The notes beneath the pieces were generated by a model. That model made no database searches. It was not told the origin of the DNA and saw only the letters and a list, made by a program, of their open reading frames with translations. The translations under genes were made by a program, and so were the position numbers. A DNA stretch of 46,351 nt, counting the filler, from Catajapyx aquilonaris (lineage: Eukaryota), in assembly GCA_000934665.2 (NCBI GenBank). It is 2 parts of 2 records of this genome, joined end to end, with 100 filler letters (N's around TTAATTAATTAA, not from the genome) between each part and the next. Parts side by side here need not be neighbours in the genome. Positions count along the whole stretch, not along the records: positions 23,229 to 46,351 come from KZ539413.1; 1 more part is not named here. One strand, given 5' to 3'. Shown in pieces: positions 26,612-35,620 of the stretch (position 1 is its first letter; every line of letters begins with the position of its first letter).

Positions 26612-28108
26612 GTTGTGCAAGTGATAAATGAAGGGATAGTAGAAGATGATGATATTCAAGAGGAAAGTAACAAGGATGTATATCGTGAAAGTTCATTTGA
26701 GTGCAGAAAATGCCAGAAATTATTTGGTAACCTGGATGATTTGAATACTCACATGATGACTCATAGTGAAAAAAATTTCTGCCATGTATGCCAGAAAAAA
26801 TTTAGTTGCATAGGTAATTTGAATGTTCATATGCGAATTCACACAGGAGCGAAACCACATTCTTGTCAGGTATGTCAGAAGAAATTTAATGATTCAAGTC
26901 ATTTGAAAGCTCACATGCGAGTTCACACAGGAGAAAGGCCATTCATTTGTAATGTATGTCAAAAAGGTTTTTGTGTTGCAAGCGCATTGAAAACTCACAT
27001 GCAAATTCATTCAGAAGACATGCTATTTAGTTGTGAGGTGTGTCAGAAAACCTTTAAGAACCCAAGTAATTTGAAAAGTCATATGCGACTTCATACGAGA
27101 GACAAACCATTTGCTTGTGAGGTGTGTCAGAGAAAATTTAGTTTTCAGTGTGAATTGAAAAGGCATATGCAAGTTCATACAGGGGACAAACCATTTATTT
27201 GTGAGGTGTGCCAGAAGAGATTTCGTGATTCAAGTGATTTGGCAAAGCACGTGCGAATTCATACAGGAGAAAAACCCTTTACTTGTGAGGTGTGCCAGGA
27301 AACGTTTCGTGCTGCAAGTAGTTTGAAAGCTCACATTGGAATTCATGCAGGAGAAAATCCATTTGCTTGTGAGGTTTGCCATAAAATATTTACTCAGCTT
27401 AGTGATTTGAAAAGGCACATGCAAAGGCATACCGGGGAAAAACCTTTTCCATGTGAGGTGTGCCAGAAAAAATTTAGTCAGCCATGTGATTTGAAAAAGC
27501 ATATGCGAATTCATACAGGAGAAAAACCATTCACTTGTGAGGTGTGCCAGGAAAAGTTTCGTTACTCGAATATGTTGAAAATTCACATGCGTATTCATAC
27601 AGGAGAAAGCCCATTTACTTGTGAAGTGTGCCAGAAAACATTTGGTCACGCAAGCGATTTAGAAAAGCACTTGCAAAGGCATACAGGAGAAAAACCATTT
27701 ACATGTGAGGTCTGCCAGAAAAAATTTAGTCAGCCATGTGATTTGAAAAAGCACATGCGAATTCATACAGGAGAAAAACCATTTACTTGTGAGGTCTGTG
27801 AGAAAAAATTCCGTGAATCAAATAAGTTGAAAATTCACATGCGTATTCATACAGGAGACAAACCACTTAATTGTGAGGTGTGCCAGACCAAATTTAGACA
27901 TCAAAGTAATTTGATTACTCACATGCGAATTCATACGGGAGAGAAACCATTCATTTGTGAGGTGTGCCAGAAAGGGTTTCGTGATTCATCTCAGCTGAAA
28001 ATTCACACGCTAATTCATACAGGAGACAAACCATTCACTTGTGAGGTGTGCCAGAAACAGTTTCGCGTATCAGCTAAGTTGAAAACCCATATGCGAATTC
28101 ATACATGA
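26612..28108 (+). CDS. C2H2 zinc-finger gene A, coding exon 2 (17 tandem Kruppel-type fingers)
   Basis: Polypyrimidine tract and acceptor ttttcag| at 26611, in frame with exon 1. Seventeen CxxC-x12-HxxxH units, mostly with TGEKPF-type linkers; TGA stop. Confidence 0.95.
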   Translation, partial: VVQVINEGIVEDDDIQEESNKDVYRESSFECRKCQKLFGNLDDLNTHMMTHSEKNFCHVCQKKFSCIGNLNVHMRIHTGAKPHSCQVCQKKFNDSSHLKAHMRVHTGERPFICNVCQKGFCVASALKTHMQIHSEDMLFSCEVCQKTFKNPSNLKSHMRLHTRDKPFACEVCQRKFSFQCELKRHMQVHTGDKPFICEVCQKRFRDSSDLAKHVRIHTGEKPFTCEVCQETFRAASSLKAHIGIHAGENPFACEVCHKIFTQLSDLKRHMQRHTGEKPFPCEVCQKKFSQPCDLKKHMRIHTGEKPFTCEVCQEKFRYSNMLKIHMRIHTGESPFTCEVCQKTFGHASDLEKHLQRHTGEKPFTCEVCQKKFSQPCDLKKHMRIHTGEKPFTCEVCEKKFRESNKLKIHMRIHTGDKPLNCEVCQTKFRHQSNLITHMRIHTGEKPFICEVCQKGFRDSSQLKIHTLIHTGDKPFTCEVCQKQFRVSAKLKTHMRIHT

Positions 28109-28804
28109 GAGTAACCAATCCAAGTCTTGCCATACGAGTACATGGAATATTAAAGTTCGTATGAGGCACTCTAAAGAGAGACCATTTACTGATTTTGGCA
28201 GAAGTGAAGCAATATGAAAATGACATACGACTGCACAGAAGTGAACAAACAATCGATTCAATCAATCCATCAAGGGCCCAAGTGCGAAAAACCAAACTTT
28301 CCAGGAATCAAAATCAACTGTCTAAAACTCTTCCTGTGCGGGTCGGAACAGAACTAAAATTATCTGTGCTGTAGCGGATTGGAAACTCAATTGATCTATA
28401 CGTGCCAAAATTAAAATGCAGCTCATTATTGGTTTCAATTGAGTGAAGTGGTCACAATTGGCCTCTTGACAGATTGCACGATTCAATTATTATTGGTATT
28501 GTTTATATGTAAGATCACATCATTTCAAATCGGCCTTACACAATTCAATGTCAATAATGGTTATGGTGATAATCTATGAGCATACATCATTAATAATGCC
28601 GTTTGTGTGTACAACTTTCCATGTATTTAAAAAAACTAAAATTAAAGGACATGCTTGGACTTACTCCCACATTTTTGTGATATGTATGTTCGCAATCTGC
28701 ATATCATACCAATTATTATGGTACTAGCGCACCCGTAGCCAAAATTTGAGTGACGCGGCAACATGAGGGATGGAGTTGCAGGAAATGACGTAAGTAGCTG
28801 TTAG

Positions 28805-28950
28805 CATATAGCAGCGTCACCAAGTAGCGGCGACTATTGAAGTGGAAAATAGCAATTAAAGACATCCTTCTCTCTCAGGTGGCGATGGGAATGCACCCCT
28901 CAAAAAGAAAAAAAGAAAAAAATTAATGAGCGAAATCAAGATGGCCGATT
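28805..28950 (+). promoter_or_regulatory. Conserved promoter cassette of ZNF gene B
   Basis: caagtagcggcgac...ggaatgcacc...A-tract...caagatggccg, as in the other paralogs. Confidence 0.6.
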
Positions 28951-29142
28951 CCGTTGGTTCTCTTTAGAAGTGTTCGAACTAATTTCTACCCGTCTACTTC
29001 GCCGGATTTTGTCTCCTTGCCGACACTTACAGGCACGCTGCCTCTTCCCCAGGGTGGACTGGAGTCCCGGCTGTGGTGGGTAGCCGGAATAGGAATAACG
29101 GGAGGAACTATTGAGAAGCCTGCAGTTTTGATTTGCAGGGCC

Positions 29143-29553
29143 ATGTCTTTGATCCTGAGGATAAAGAAGGAGGAAGAGGCGGAGGAGGAAGGAGGTGGTG
29201 GGATCACAACAGAGGAGACCTCTTCTGCCTTTGATGAAGGCTCTACGCTTATAAAGAAGGAAGAAGATGAGGACATAACGGTGGAGGAGACCTGGCAGGT
29301 TCCCTTGAAGGAGGAGACACCTTCTTGCTTTGATGGTGGCTCTACTCTCATAGAAGACACTCTCCTCGAGATCAAGAAGGAGGAAGCGGAGGAGGAGGAG
29401 ATGGTGGCAACCACATCTAAGGAGGACAAAGAGGAAGGTGACCTGTTGGGAGTTGTTCCAGCAGAGGAGGAGGAGGAGATGGTGGTGGCCGCGTCTGGGG
29501 AGGTTGAAGATGAAGATGACCCTTTGGCTGTTGGTTGTGGAAGGATTAGTGAG
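29143..29553 (+). CDS. C2H2 zinc-finger gene B, coding exon 1 (acidic N-terminal module)
   Basis: Acceptor tttgcag| at 29138, ATG 29143, MSLILRIKKEE...EDEDDPLAVGCGRISE, donor |gtacgt at 29554, phase 0. Confidence 0.88.
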
Positions 29554-29796
29554 GTACGTACACTGCTGAAATTTCATTATAATGTTACACTAAAGCCTCA
29601 CAAAAATTTCAGTGCAAAGAAAGCACCCAGGCCAGATGATATTGTACAGTATTTTGGAAATATCCACACTCTTGTTGTATAGACTCAACCACTTGGTGAC
29701 GTGCAGTAAATGGTTCCTGTTGATGCAGCCTTATTATGTTTTGCTATTTCTTCAATAAGCCAAATTTATGTAAGAGAGCAACTACAGTATTATACT

Positions 29797-29798
<2 letters not shown>

Positions 29799-29870
<72 letters not shown>
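29799..29870. repeat. (TTA)n microsatellite
   Basis: Directly visible; source of the poly-Leu in the spurious ORF 29710-30033. Confidence 0.95.
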
Positions 29871-29871
29871 G

Positions 29872-30006
29872 GGTATGAGGATTAATGTAGATAAGACCAA
29901 GGCATTGATATTTGAGAGAGGACAGCAGGTTTCTCCTTGTATGTTGCAGGCACAAGGAAAACTGGTGGAGCAGGTGAACCAGTTTGTATACCTGGGTAGT
30001 GTCCTT
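29872..30006 (+). mobile_element. Non-LTR retrotransposon (RTE-like) reverse-transcriptase fragment
   Basis: Translates GMRINVDKTKALIF...LVEQVNQFVYLGSVL, matching the GLxINxxKTK...VxxFxYLGS end of LINE RT domains. Confidence 0.8.
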
Positions 30007-30211
30007 GAGAGTACTGTATGGAACGACTCGTAAAAATTACTGCTGCGAACTACTCGGAGCAGTAGGTAGGATTTTAATTTGAAAAGAAAAAAATTGGGGA
30101 AAAAATTAAACCCATCCTAACAGACTTGGTCCAATCGAAAAGGGAAAAGTCTATCGTTTATCCGCACCTAGCGACGCGGTGGGATTGGGAAGGCATGGTG
30201 GGCTCCAAACA

Positions 30212-30364
30212 TGTTGGCTACCAGTCGCAAACAATCGGTTGCCGGCAGAGCACAACAAAGGGTGTCGTCTTCTTAGCCCTGCCATGCGAACGGATGAGAC
30301 GAGTGCTGGGACCACTGGCAGCAGTATCAAGGCACCTGATTGTTTGCGACATAACGTTGCCAAC
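30212..30364. repeat. Imperfect inverted repeat (probable MITE remnant)
   Basis: gttggctaccagtcgcaaacaatcggttgcc pairs with ggcacctgattgtttgcgacataacgttgccaac. Confidence 0.55.
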
Positions 30365-30512
30365 CGTCGGGTGCCCCCCCNNNNNNNNNNNNNNCCCCCC
30401 CGCCCAACCCCGCCCACATAATAGGCCACAGCCCCTTCCTTCTTTCCCTATCCTTGGAGTTTGAAGAGGCAAAGCTGGGCCAATCTCCCTAATATCAATT
30501 ATAAAGTTCTTG

Positions 30513-30557
30513 CTAACTTAGCAGTACCATTGCACTACACTGGTACTGCTAAGTTAG
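30513..30557. repeat. Perfect 17-bp hairpin
   Basis: ctaacttagcagtacca - 11-nt loop - tggtactgctaagttag. Confidence 0.8.
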
Positions 30558-31197
30558 AAGTAACTAGTAGTATGACAAAAATTCCACAAATTTGTTTTCA
30601 GAAAGGAGATTTCATGGGCATTAAATTGGAAATTGCTTGAGTAATACCTGTGGTACAGCTTAAATCAGTTGGTGAAGGTCGTAATGTGTGCCTGCCTTGT
30701 TTCAGTACTTTTATTTCGCCACGGAGGTCTTAGTACCCTTTTTTCTCACTCAAGGGAATGTTTTTGCTCTTATTGTAAATTCAATGCATCTGTCAACTCA
30801 CTGACCAAGGTGCAATGGCCACCTCACATAAATTTCTATCGTATAATCTTTCCAGGAGAAAAAACTCTGGGAATTTAGTGGGATTTGCAAGTAGACTTCC
30901 AGCCACAAATGAAACCCGACGAACAACATTACCCACATTGAAAACAAAATTTCATGCCAGGCATCTGTACAGTTCTTCAGGGCAAACATAGGGGACGAGG
31001 TGGGGGAGTGAGGTGGGGTTGGGGGTAGGGGGGTGAAGGGGACAGAAATTTGGGAGAATAACCCATGTGACCATGCAGTCTTTTCCTGGGCCAACTCTAT
31101 ATCCGCATTCATCCTCCTACACATCCAATCAGCCTGTACTGTACGCATCGACTCAGCTAACCAAGACGTGATTGGCCTTCTCAGATGAGGCAATGAA

Positions 31198-31860
31198 AAA
31201 CCTTTGCCTTATTGTTTTCAATTATAATAATGGTCCATAGGTCCAGTTTTAAGCATATCAAGTATGCAGAGAGTATACAGTCATGTAGATGAAGTGCATA
31301 TTACTAATTATTTATTTATTTATTTATTTCATACCCCATTATCCGGCCTGGGGCCGTTATTGTGGGGATACATATTACTATCTCTATAAATAAGGAAGTT
31401 TGTCAATTTGTTTGTTTGTTTGTCCCTTATAGAAATCCGGGGGAAGGCCCCTACACCGCCTTAAATTAGCATATCGGGAGTTACATTTTTCAAGGAATTT
31501 AATGCCGCATGTTTCAGCTTCCGAAAATGAACCCAACACCCATAACACGCATATTCCCAATTAGCCAATTGCCAATGACCTATTTAACAATATTCATAGA
31601 TTTCCATGGTAATGCCCTCATTACATTGTAGGCCTACCACCATAACTTACCCGGGCAACGCCGGGTAACCTGCTAAACCTTTGCCTTATTGTTTTCAATT
31701 ATTATAATAATGGTCCATAGGTCCAGTTTTAAGCATATCAAGTATGCAGAGAGTATACAGTCATGTAGATGAAGTACATATTACTAATTATTTATTTATT
31801 TATTTATTTCATACCCCATTATCCGGCCTGGGGCCGTTATTGTGGGGATACATATTACTA
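31198..31860. repeat. About 185-bp direct duplication (31198-31380 and 31675-31860) flanking a Helitron-like copy
   Basis: Both copies read aaacctttgccttattg...ggggatacatattacta, differing by one 3-bp indel and one substitution. Confidence 0.92.
31378..31675 (+). mobile_element. Non-autonomous Helitron-like element, copy 1
   Basis: 5' (a)TCTCTATAAA, internal (GTTT)n, subterminal hairpin cccgggcaacgccggg, 3' ...ctgCTA lacking the terminal G. Resembles insect Lep1-type Helitrons. Confidence 0.7.
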
Positions 31861-31871
31861 ATTATGTTATA

Positions 31872-32170
31872 CTAGCAGGTTACCCGGCGTTGCCCGGGTA
31901 AGTTATGGTGGTAGGCCTACGATGTAATGAGGGCATTACCATGGAAATCTATGAATATTGTTAAATAGGTAATTGGCAATTGGTTAATTGGGAATATGCG
32001 TGTTATGGGTGTTAGGTACATTTTCGGAAGCTGAAACATGCGGCATTAAATTCCTTGAAAAATGTAACCCCCGATATGCTAATTTAAGGTGGTGTAGGGG
32101 CCTTCCCCCGGATTTCTATAAGGGACAAACAAACAAACAAATTGACAAACTTCCTTATTTATAGAGATAG
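31872..32170 (-). mobile_element. Non-autonomous Helitron-like element, copy 2 (inverted)
   Basis: Reverse complement of copy 1 with a few substitutions. On the minus strand it ends in the hairpin, then CTAG followed by T. Confidence 0.75.
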
Positions 32171-32325
32171 AGAAGAGATGAAGTGTGGTTACACTGAGAT
32201 CTCTGATTATACAATCTGTGACTCAACTTCTTGAACCTTTATAACAATACAATGACATCAGGTTGAAAGGCTCACACTATCCACACTGCTAATTCAAAAT
32301 TAATGTGCTGTAATTTTATTTTCAG

Positions 32326-33282
32326 GTTGTGCAAGTGAGAACTGAAGATGGAGGAGAAGAGAATGGGATCCAGGAGGAAAGGGACAGGGGATTATGTGGT
32401 GGAAAAAGTTCATTCGAGTGTAGAATGTGTCAAAAATTATTTGGTACCCTGCATGAATTGAAAATTCACCTCTTCACTCACAGTGAAAAATATTGCTGCC
32501 AAATTTGCCAGAAAACATTTACTCAGCCTAGTGATTTGAAAATTCACATGTATATTCATACAGGAGAAAAACCATTTACTTGTGAGGTGTGCCAGAAAAA
32601 ATTCAGTGAATCAAATCAGTTGAAAAGGCACACGCTTATTCATACGGGAGAAAAACCATTTACTTGTGAGGTGTGCCAGAAAAAATTCAGTGAATCAACT
32701 AAGTTGAACAGGCACATGCTTATTCATACGGGAAAAAAACCATTTACTTGTGAGGTGTGCCAGAAACAATTTGGTCAGGCATGTGTTTTGAAAAGGCACA
32801 TGCTCATTCATACAGGAGACAAACCATTCACTTGTGAGGTGTGCCAGGAAAAGTTTCGTGCTGCAAGTAATTTGAAATTTCACATTCTTATTCATAGAGG
32901 AGAAAAACCATTTGCTTGTGAAATGTGCCAGAAAACATTTACTCAGCCTAGTCATTTGAAAAAGCACATGCGAATTCATACCGCAGAAAAACCATTTACT
33001 TGTGATGTGTGCCAGAAAAAATTCCGTGAATCAAATAAGTTGAAAAGGCACATGCTTATTCATACGGGAGAAAAACCATTTACTTGCGAGGTGTGCCAGA
33101 AACAATTTCGTCAGGCAGGTGATATGAAAAGGCACATGCTTGTTCATACAGGAGACAAACCATTCACTTGTGAGGTGTGCCAGGAAAAATTTCGTCATGA
33201 AAGTACTCTGAATTATCACAAGTGGATGCACACATGTGAGAAAAAATTTATTGTTGTGCTGCCCCCTGTAAATAATTTGTAA
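32326..33282 (+). CDS. C2H2 zinc-finger gene B, coding exon 2 (10 fingers)
   Basis: Acceptor ttttcag| at 32325, starts VVQV like the paralogs; ten CxxC-x12-HxxxH units. Confidence 0.95.
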   Translation, partial: VVQVRTEDGGEENGIQEERDRGLCGGKSSFECRMCQKLFGTLHELKIHLFTHSEKYCCQICQKTFTQPSDLKIHMYIHTGEKPFTCEVCQKKFSESNQLKRHTLIHTGEKPFTCEVCQKKFSESTKLNRHMLIHTGKKPFTCEVCQKQFGQACVLKRHMLIHTGDKPFTCEVCQEKFRAASNLKFHILIHRGEKPFACEMCQKTFTQPSHLKKHMRIHTAEKPFTCDVCQKKFRESNKLKRHMLIHTGEKPFTCEVCQKQFRQAGDMKRHMLVHTGDKPFTCEVCQEKFRHESTLNYHKWMHTCEKKFIVVLPPVNNL

Positions 33283-33312
33283 TGCCAGGAACGGGTACTG
33301 GTATCTACTGGT

Positions 33313-33480
33313 AGTGAAATTTGCCAAAAGGAATTCAGTGCAGCATATTGGTTGAAATGTCGCATAATGCACACGGATCAAACACCATACAGTTGCCTTG
33401 TTTGCAAGAAAATGGTTTTGTGAAGCAAGTACTGTGAAAGTGCTTATGTGACGGTGCACTGATGAAGAGACACCATTTAT
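33313..33480 (+). pseudogene. Decayed zinc-finger coding remnants in the 3' UTR of gene B
   Basis: Reads SEICQKEFSAAYWLKCRIMHTDQTPYSCLVCKK, then after a frameshift FCEASTVKVLM*RCTDEETPFI. Homologous copies at about 39941-40107 and 42226-42393. Confidence 0.7.
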
Positions 33481-33629
33481 CGTTTCACAGACATGTGAAA
33501 AGTCATACGATGGCTGAAACTGTATAAAAGTCAAAGAGGTATGTGTCATTCCACTGATAATGTATTATATTTCAGGTATAAAATAATTTTACTGCGATTA
33601 AAAAATTACGAAAAAATTCGTGTGGAGAT

Positions 33630-33790
33630 GGGAATAGCGCTGTTGGAGGGAGTAGCGGTTCTGCACCAGTAGCGGCGATTGTTGAATGGGAATTGATAGC
33701 GCATAAGGCCGTCCTTCCACTTTAGTGCGGTGACAGGAACGCACCCTTTAATTCGCATAAAAAAGAATAGAAGGAAATCAAAGATGGCCG
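33630..33790 (+). promoter_or_regulatory. Conserved promoter cassette of ZNF gene C
   Basis: caccagtagcggcgat...atagcgcataag...ggaacgcacc...aagatggccg. Confidence 0.6.
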
Positions 33791-34006
33791 CCTGACCTCC
33801 CTCGCCTTGTTCTCTTCAGAGAGAGAGTGTCCCCGTCGAATTGATTTCATCCCGGAGACCAAGCAGCTCGAGCAGGTGAATAACCACCCGTACTTTTTCC
33901 GGCAAGCTTCTTGTGAACTGGACCACGCACTGTTTCTTTCTCCCTCCTCGTTGAACTTACCTCTTTTGCCTCCCCCCTGATGCTTCACACCTAAATGCGA
34001 GACATC

Positions 34007-34228
34007 AGGCGACACGGTCATGTACTGGTTAACACCACAGCCTTCCACCTCTAAGGTACAGAGTACCAACCCCGGGTTGGACAGGCGACACTTATGGGGA
34101 AGCGTTTCGATGGGTTCTCACCATGTCTGTGCAGGTTTTCTCGGGGTTCTCCTGTTTCCTCCCACTACCAAAAGCCCATCACATGCATGCCAGATAGCCT
34201 TAGAAGCTTGGGCACAATCAACTCACCA
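34007..34228 (+). mobile_element. Degenerate tRNA-derived SINE with V-domain (same family as 42830-43084)
   Basis: ggcgacacgg...cagccttccacctctaaggt...ggttttctcggggttctcctgtttcctcccacta shared with the 42830 copy. Possible decayed TSD cctaaatg(c/t)ga. Confidence 0.75.
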
Positions 34229-34468
34229 AACCTAAATGTGATTGATATGATCAATAATGTACAACACTACAACCACTACAATTTGCACACGGTATATGTA
34301 TTTTTTTGAAATGTTGTAAAAAGAGTTACAGTATTACTTATTTTACATACTGATTGTTTACCAATCCCCCCTCATTCAGTATTCATTACCGAGTAATTTT
34401 CCACGTCTTCTGTCTTTTCTTTAGTGCGGCATCTTACTTTCAAATGTACCTCTTGTATTATTGTAATC

Positions 34469-34763
34469 GGACCGAAGCAGTAGTGGTGTAGTAGTATGGT
34501 GTCCGACTGCTAATCGGGAGGTCCTGGGTTCGAATCCCGGAGGCCGGCGGTCCTGATCATGGTTTTCTGTGGTTTCCCATGGTCATCGCAGGATAATTCC
34601 GGGATCGTTACCGTAATTATAGGCTACAGTCGCTTCCTTCCTTACCTATCCTTGCCTCAATTCCGATGAAAAAGTATAGTAAAAATGGAAAGAGTTCCAG
34701 ACAAAAAAAAAATGGGAGAAATCCCCCCCTAATAAAGCCTAAAGGGCTGATAATGGGGTATCA

Positions 34764-34813
<50 letters not shown>
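34469..34813 (+). mobile_element. tRNA-derived SINE with (TTA)n tail
   Basis: A-box-like tggtgtagtagt, B-box ggttcgaatccc, 3' stem-loop then (TTA)n. 13-bp TSD tattattgtaatc at 34456-34468 and 34814-34826. Confidence 0.85.
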
Positions 34814-34820
<7 letters not shown>

Positions 34821-35187
34821 GTAATCAGTTGTCTCCCCCCCAGTGGCCTGCATGCCCCCAGGGTTGAATATAATTAATTAATTAATAATTTTGAAACTAC
34901 AGTGAGAGGCTTACAGATTCCATACAGGGGATCATTTTTTGAATCATCATCTTTATTAATAGCTCGCACTGTGATGGAATTTGAGATTAGGAAGGAAACA
35001 CGAGCGCACACAGATACTTCATGCCCCTCCACCACTGTGCCATTCATTATGATGGGCTTGTCTAATTTTCTTTTCTTCGTGTTTTCCTTTGCCCACCCTC
35101 TCAGAGGCATGTTCCTCCTCTTCATCTGGCATGAGGGAGATACTCCTTGAAATGATTACCTGACCTGAAATTTTGTGTTGCAGGATC

Positions 35188-35466
35188 ATGTCTTTGATCC
35201 TGAGGATAAAGAAGGAAGAGGTGGAGGAAGGAGGAGGAGATGAGGACATCACGACAGAGGAGACCTGGCAGATACCCTTGAAGCAGGAGACCCCTTCTTG
35301 CTTTGATGGTGGCTCTACCCTCATGGAAGACACTCTCCTCGAGATGAAGAAGGAGGAAGCAGAGGAGAAGGGGGAGGAGGAGGAAGCAGAGATGGAGCTG
35401 ACCACATCCGATGTGGTCGATGATGAAGATGACCCTTTGGCAGTTGGTTCTGGAAGGATTAGTGAG
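35188..35466 (+). CDS. C2H2 zinc-finger gene C, coding exon 1 (acidic N-terminal module)
   Basis: Acceptor gttgcag| at 35183, ATG 35188, MSLILRIKKEE...DDEDDPLAVGSGRISE, donor |gtatgt at 35467, phase 0. Confidence 0.88.
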
Positions 35467-35620
35467 GTATGTATATGCTGAATATGAAATGTAATTTTAC
35501 ACTAAAGTGACACCAAATCATCAATCCAAATCAGACACCCAGGCTTGGAAAGATGATTTGGAAATTCCCACACTCCTGCTGAATTTACTCGACCACTTGG
35601 TGATGTTAGTGGTTCCTCAT

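Noticed and set aside
26698..28105. 84-bp periodic repeats as CRISPR-like array or satellite
   Set aside because: Fully explained by in-frame C2H2 finger coding in a eukaryotic gene.
29710..30033. Poly-Leu ORF resembling a membrane protein (and poly-Tyr ORF 45721-46068)
   Set aside because: Translation of (TTA)n fused to a LINE fragment.
34469..34555. Possible tRNA gene
   Set aside because: A/B boxes present but no proper acceptor stem; it has a body, tail and TSD, so it is a SINE.
2421..34615. Scattered TACAGTA/TACTGTA/TACCGTA/TACGGTA as widespread transposon footprints
   Set aside because: Number seen is close to chance expectation for four 7-mers in 46 kb; only the site at 29783 has positional support.
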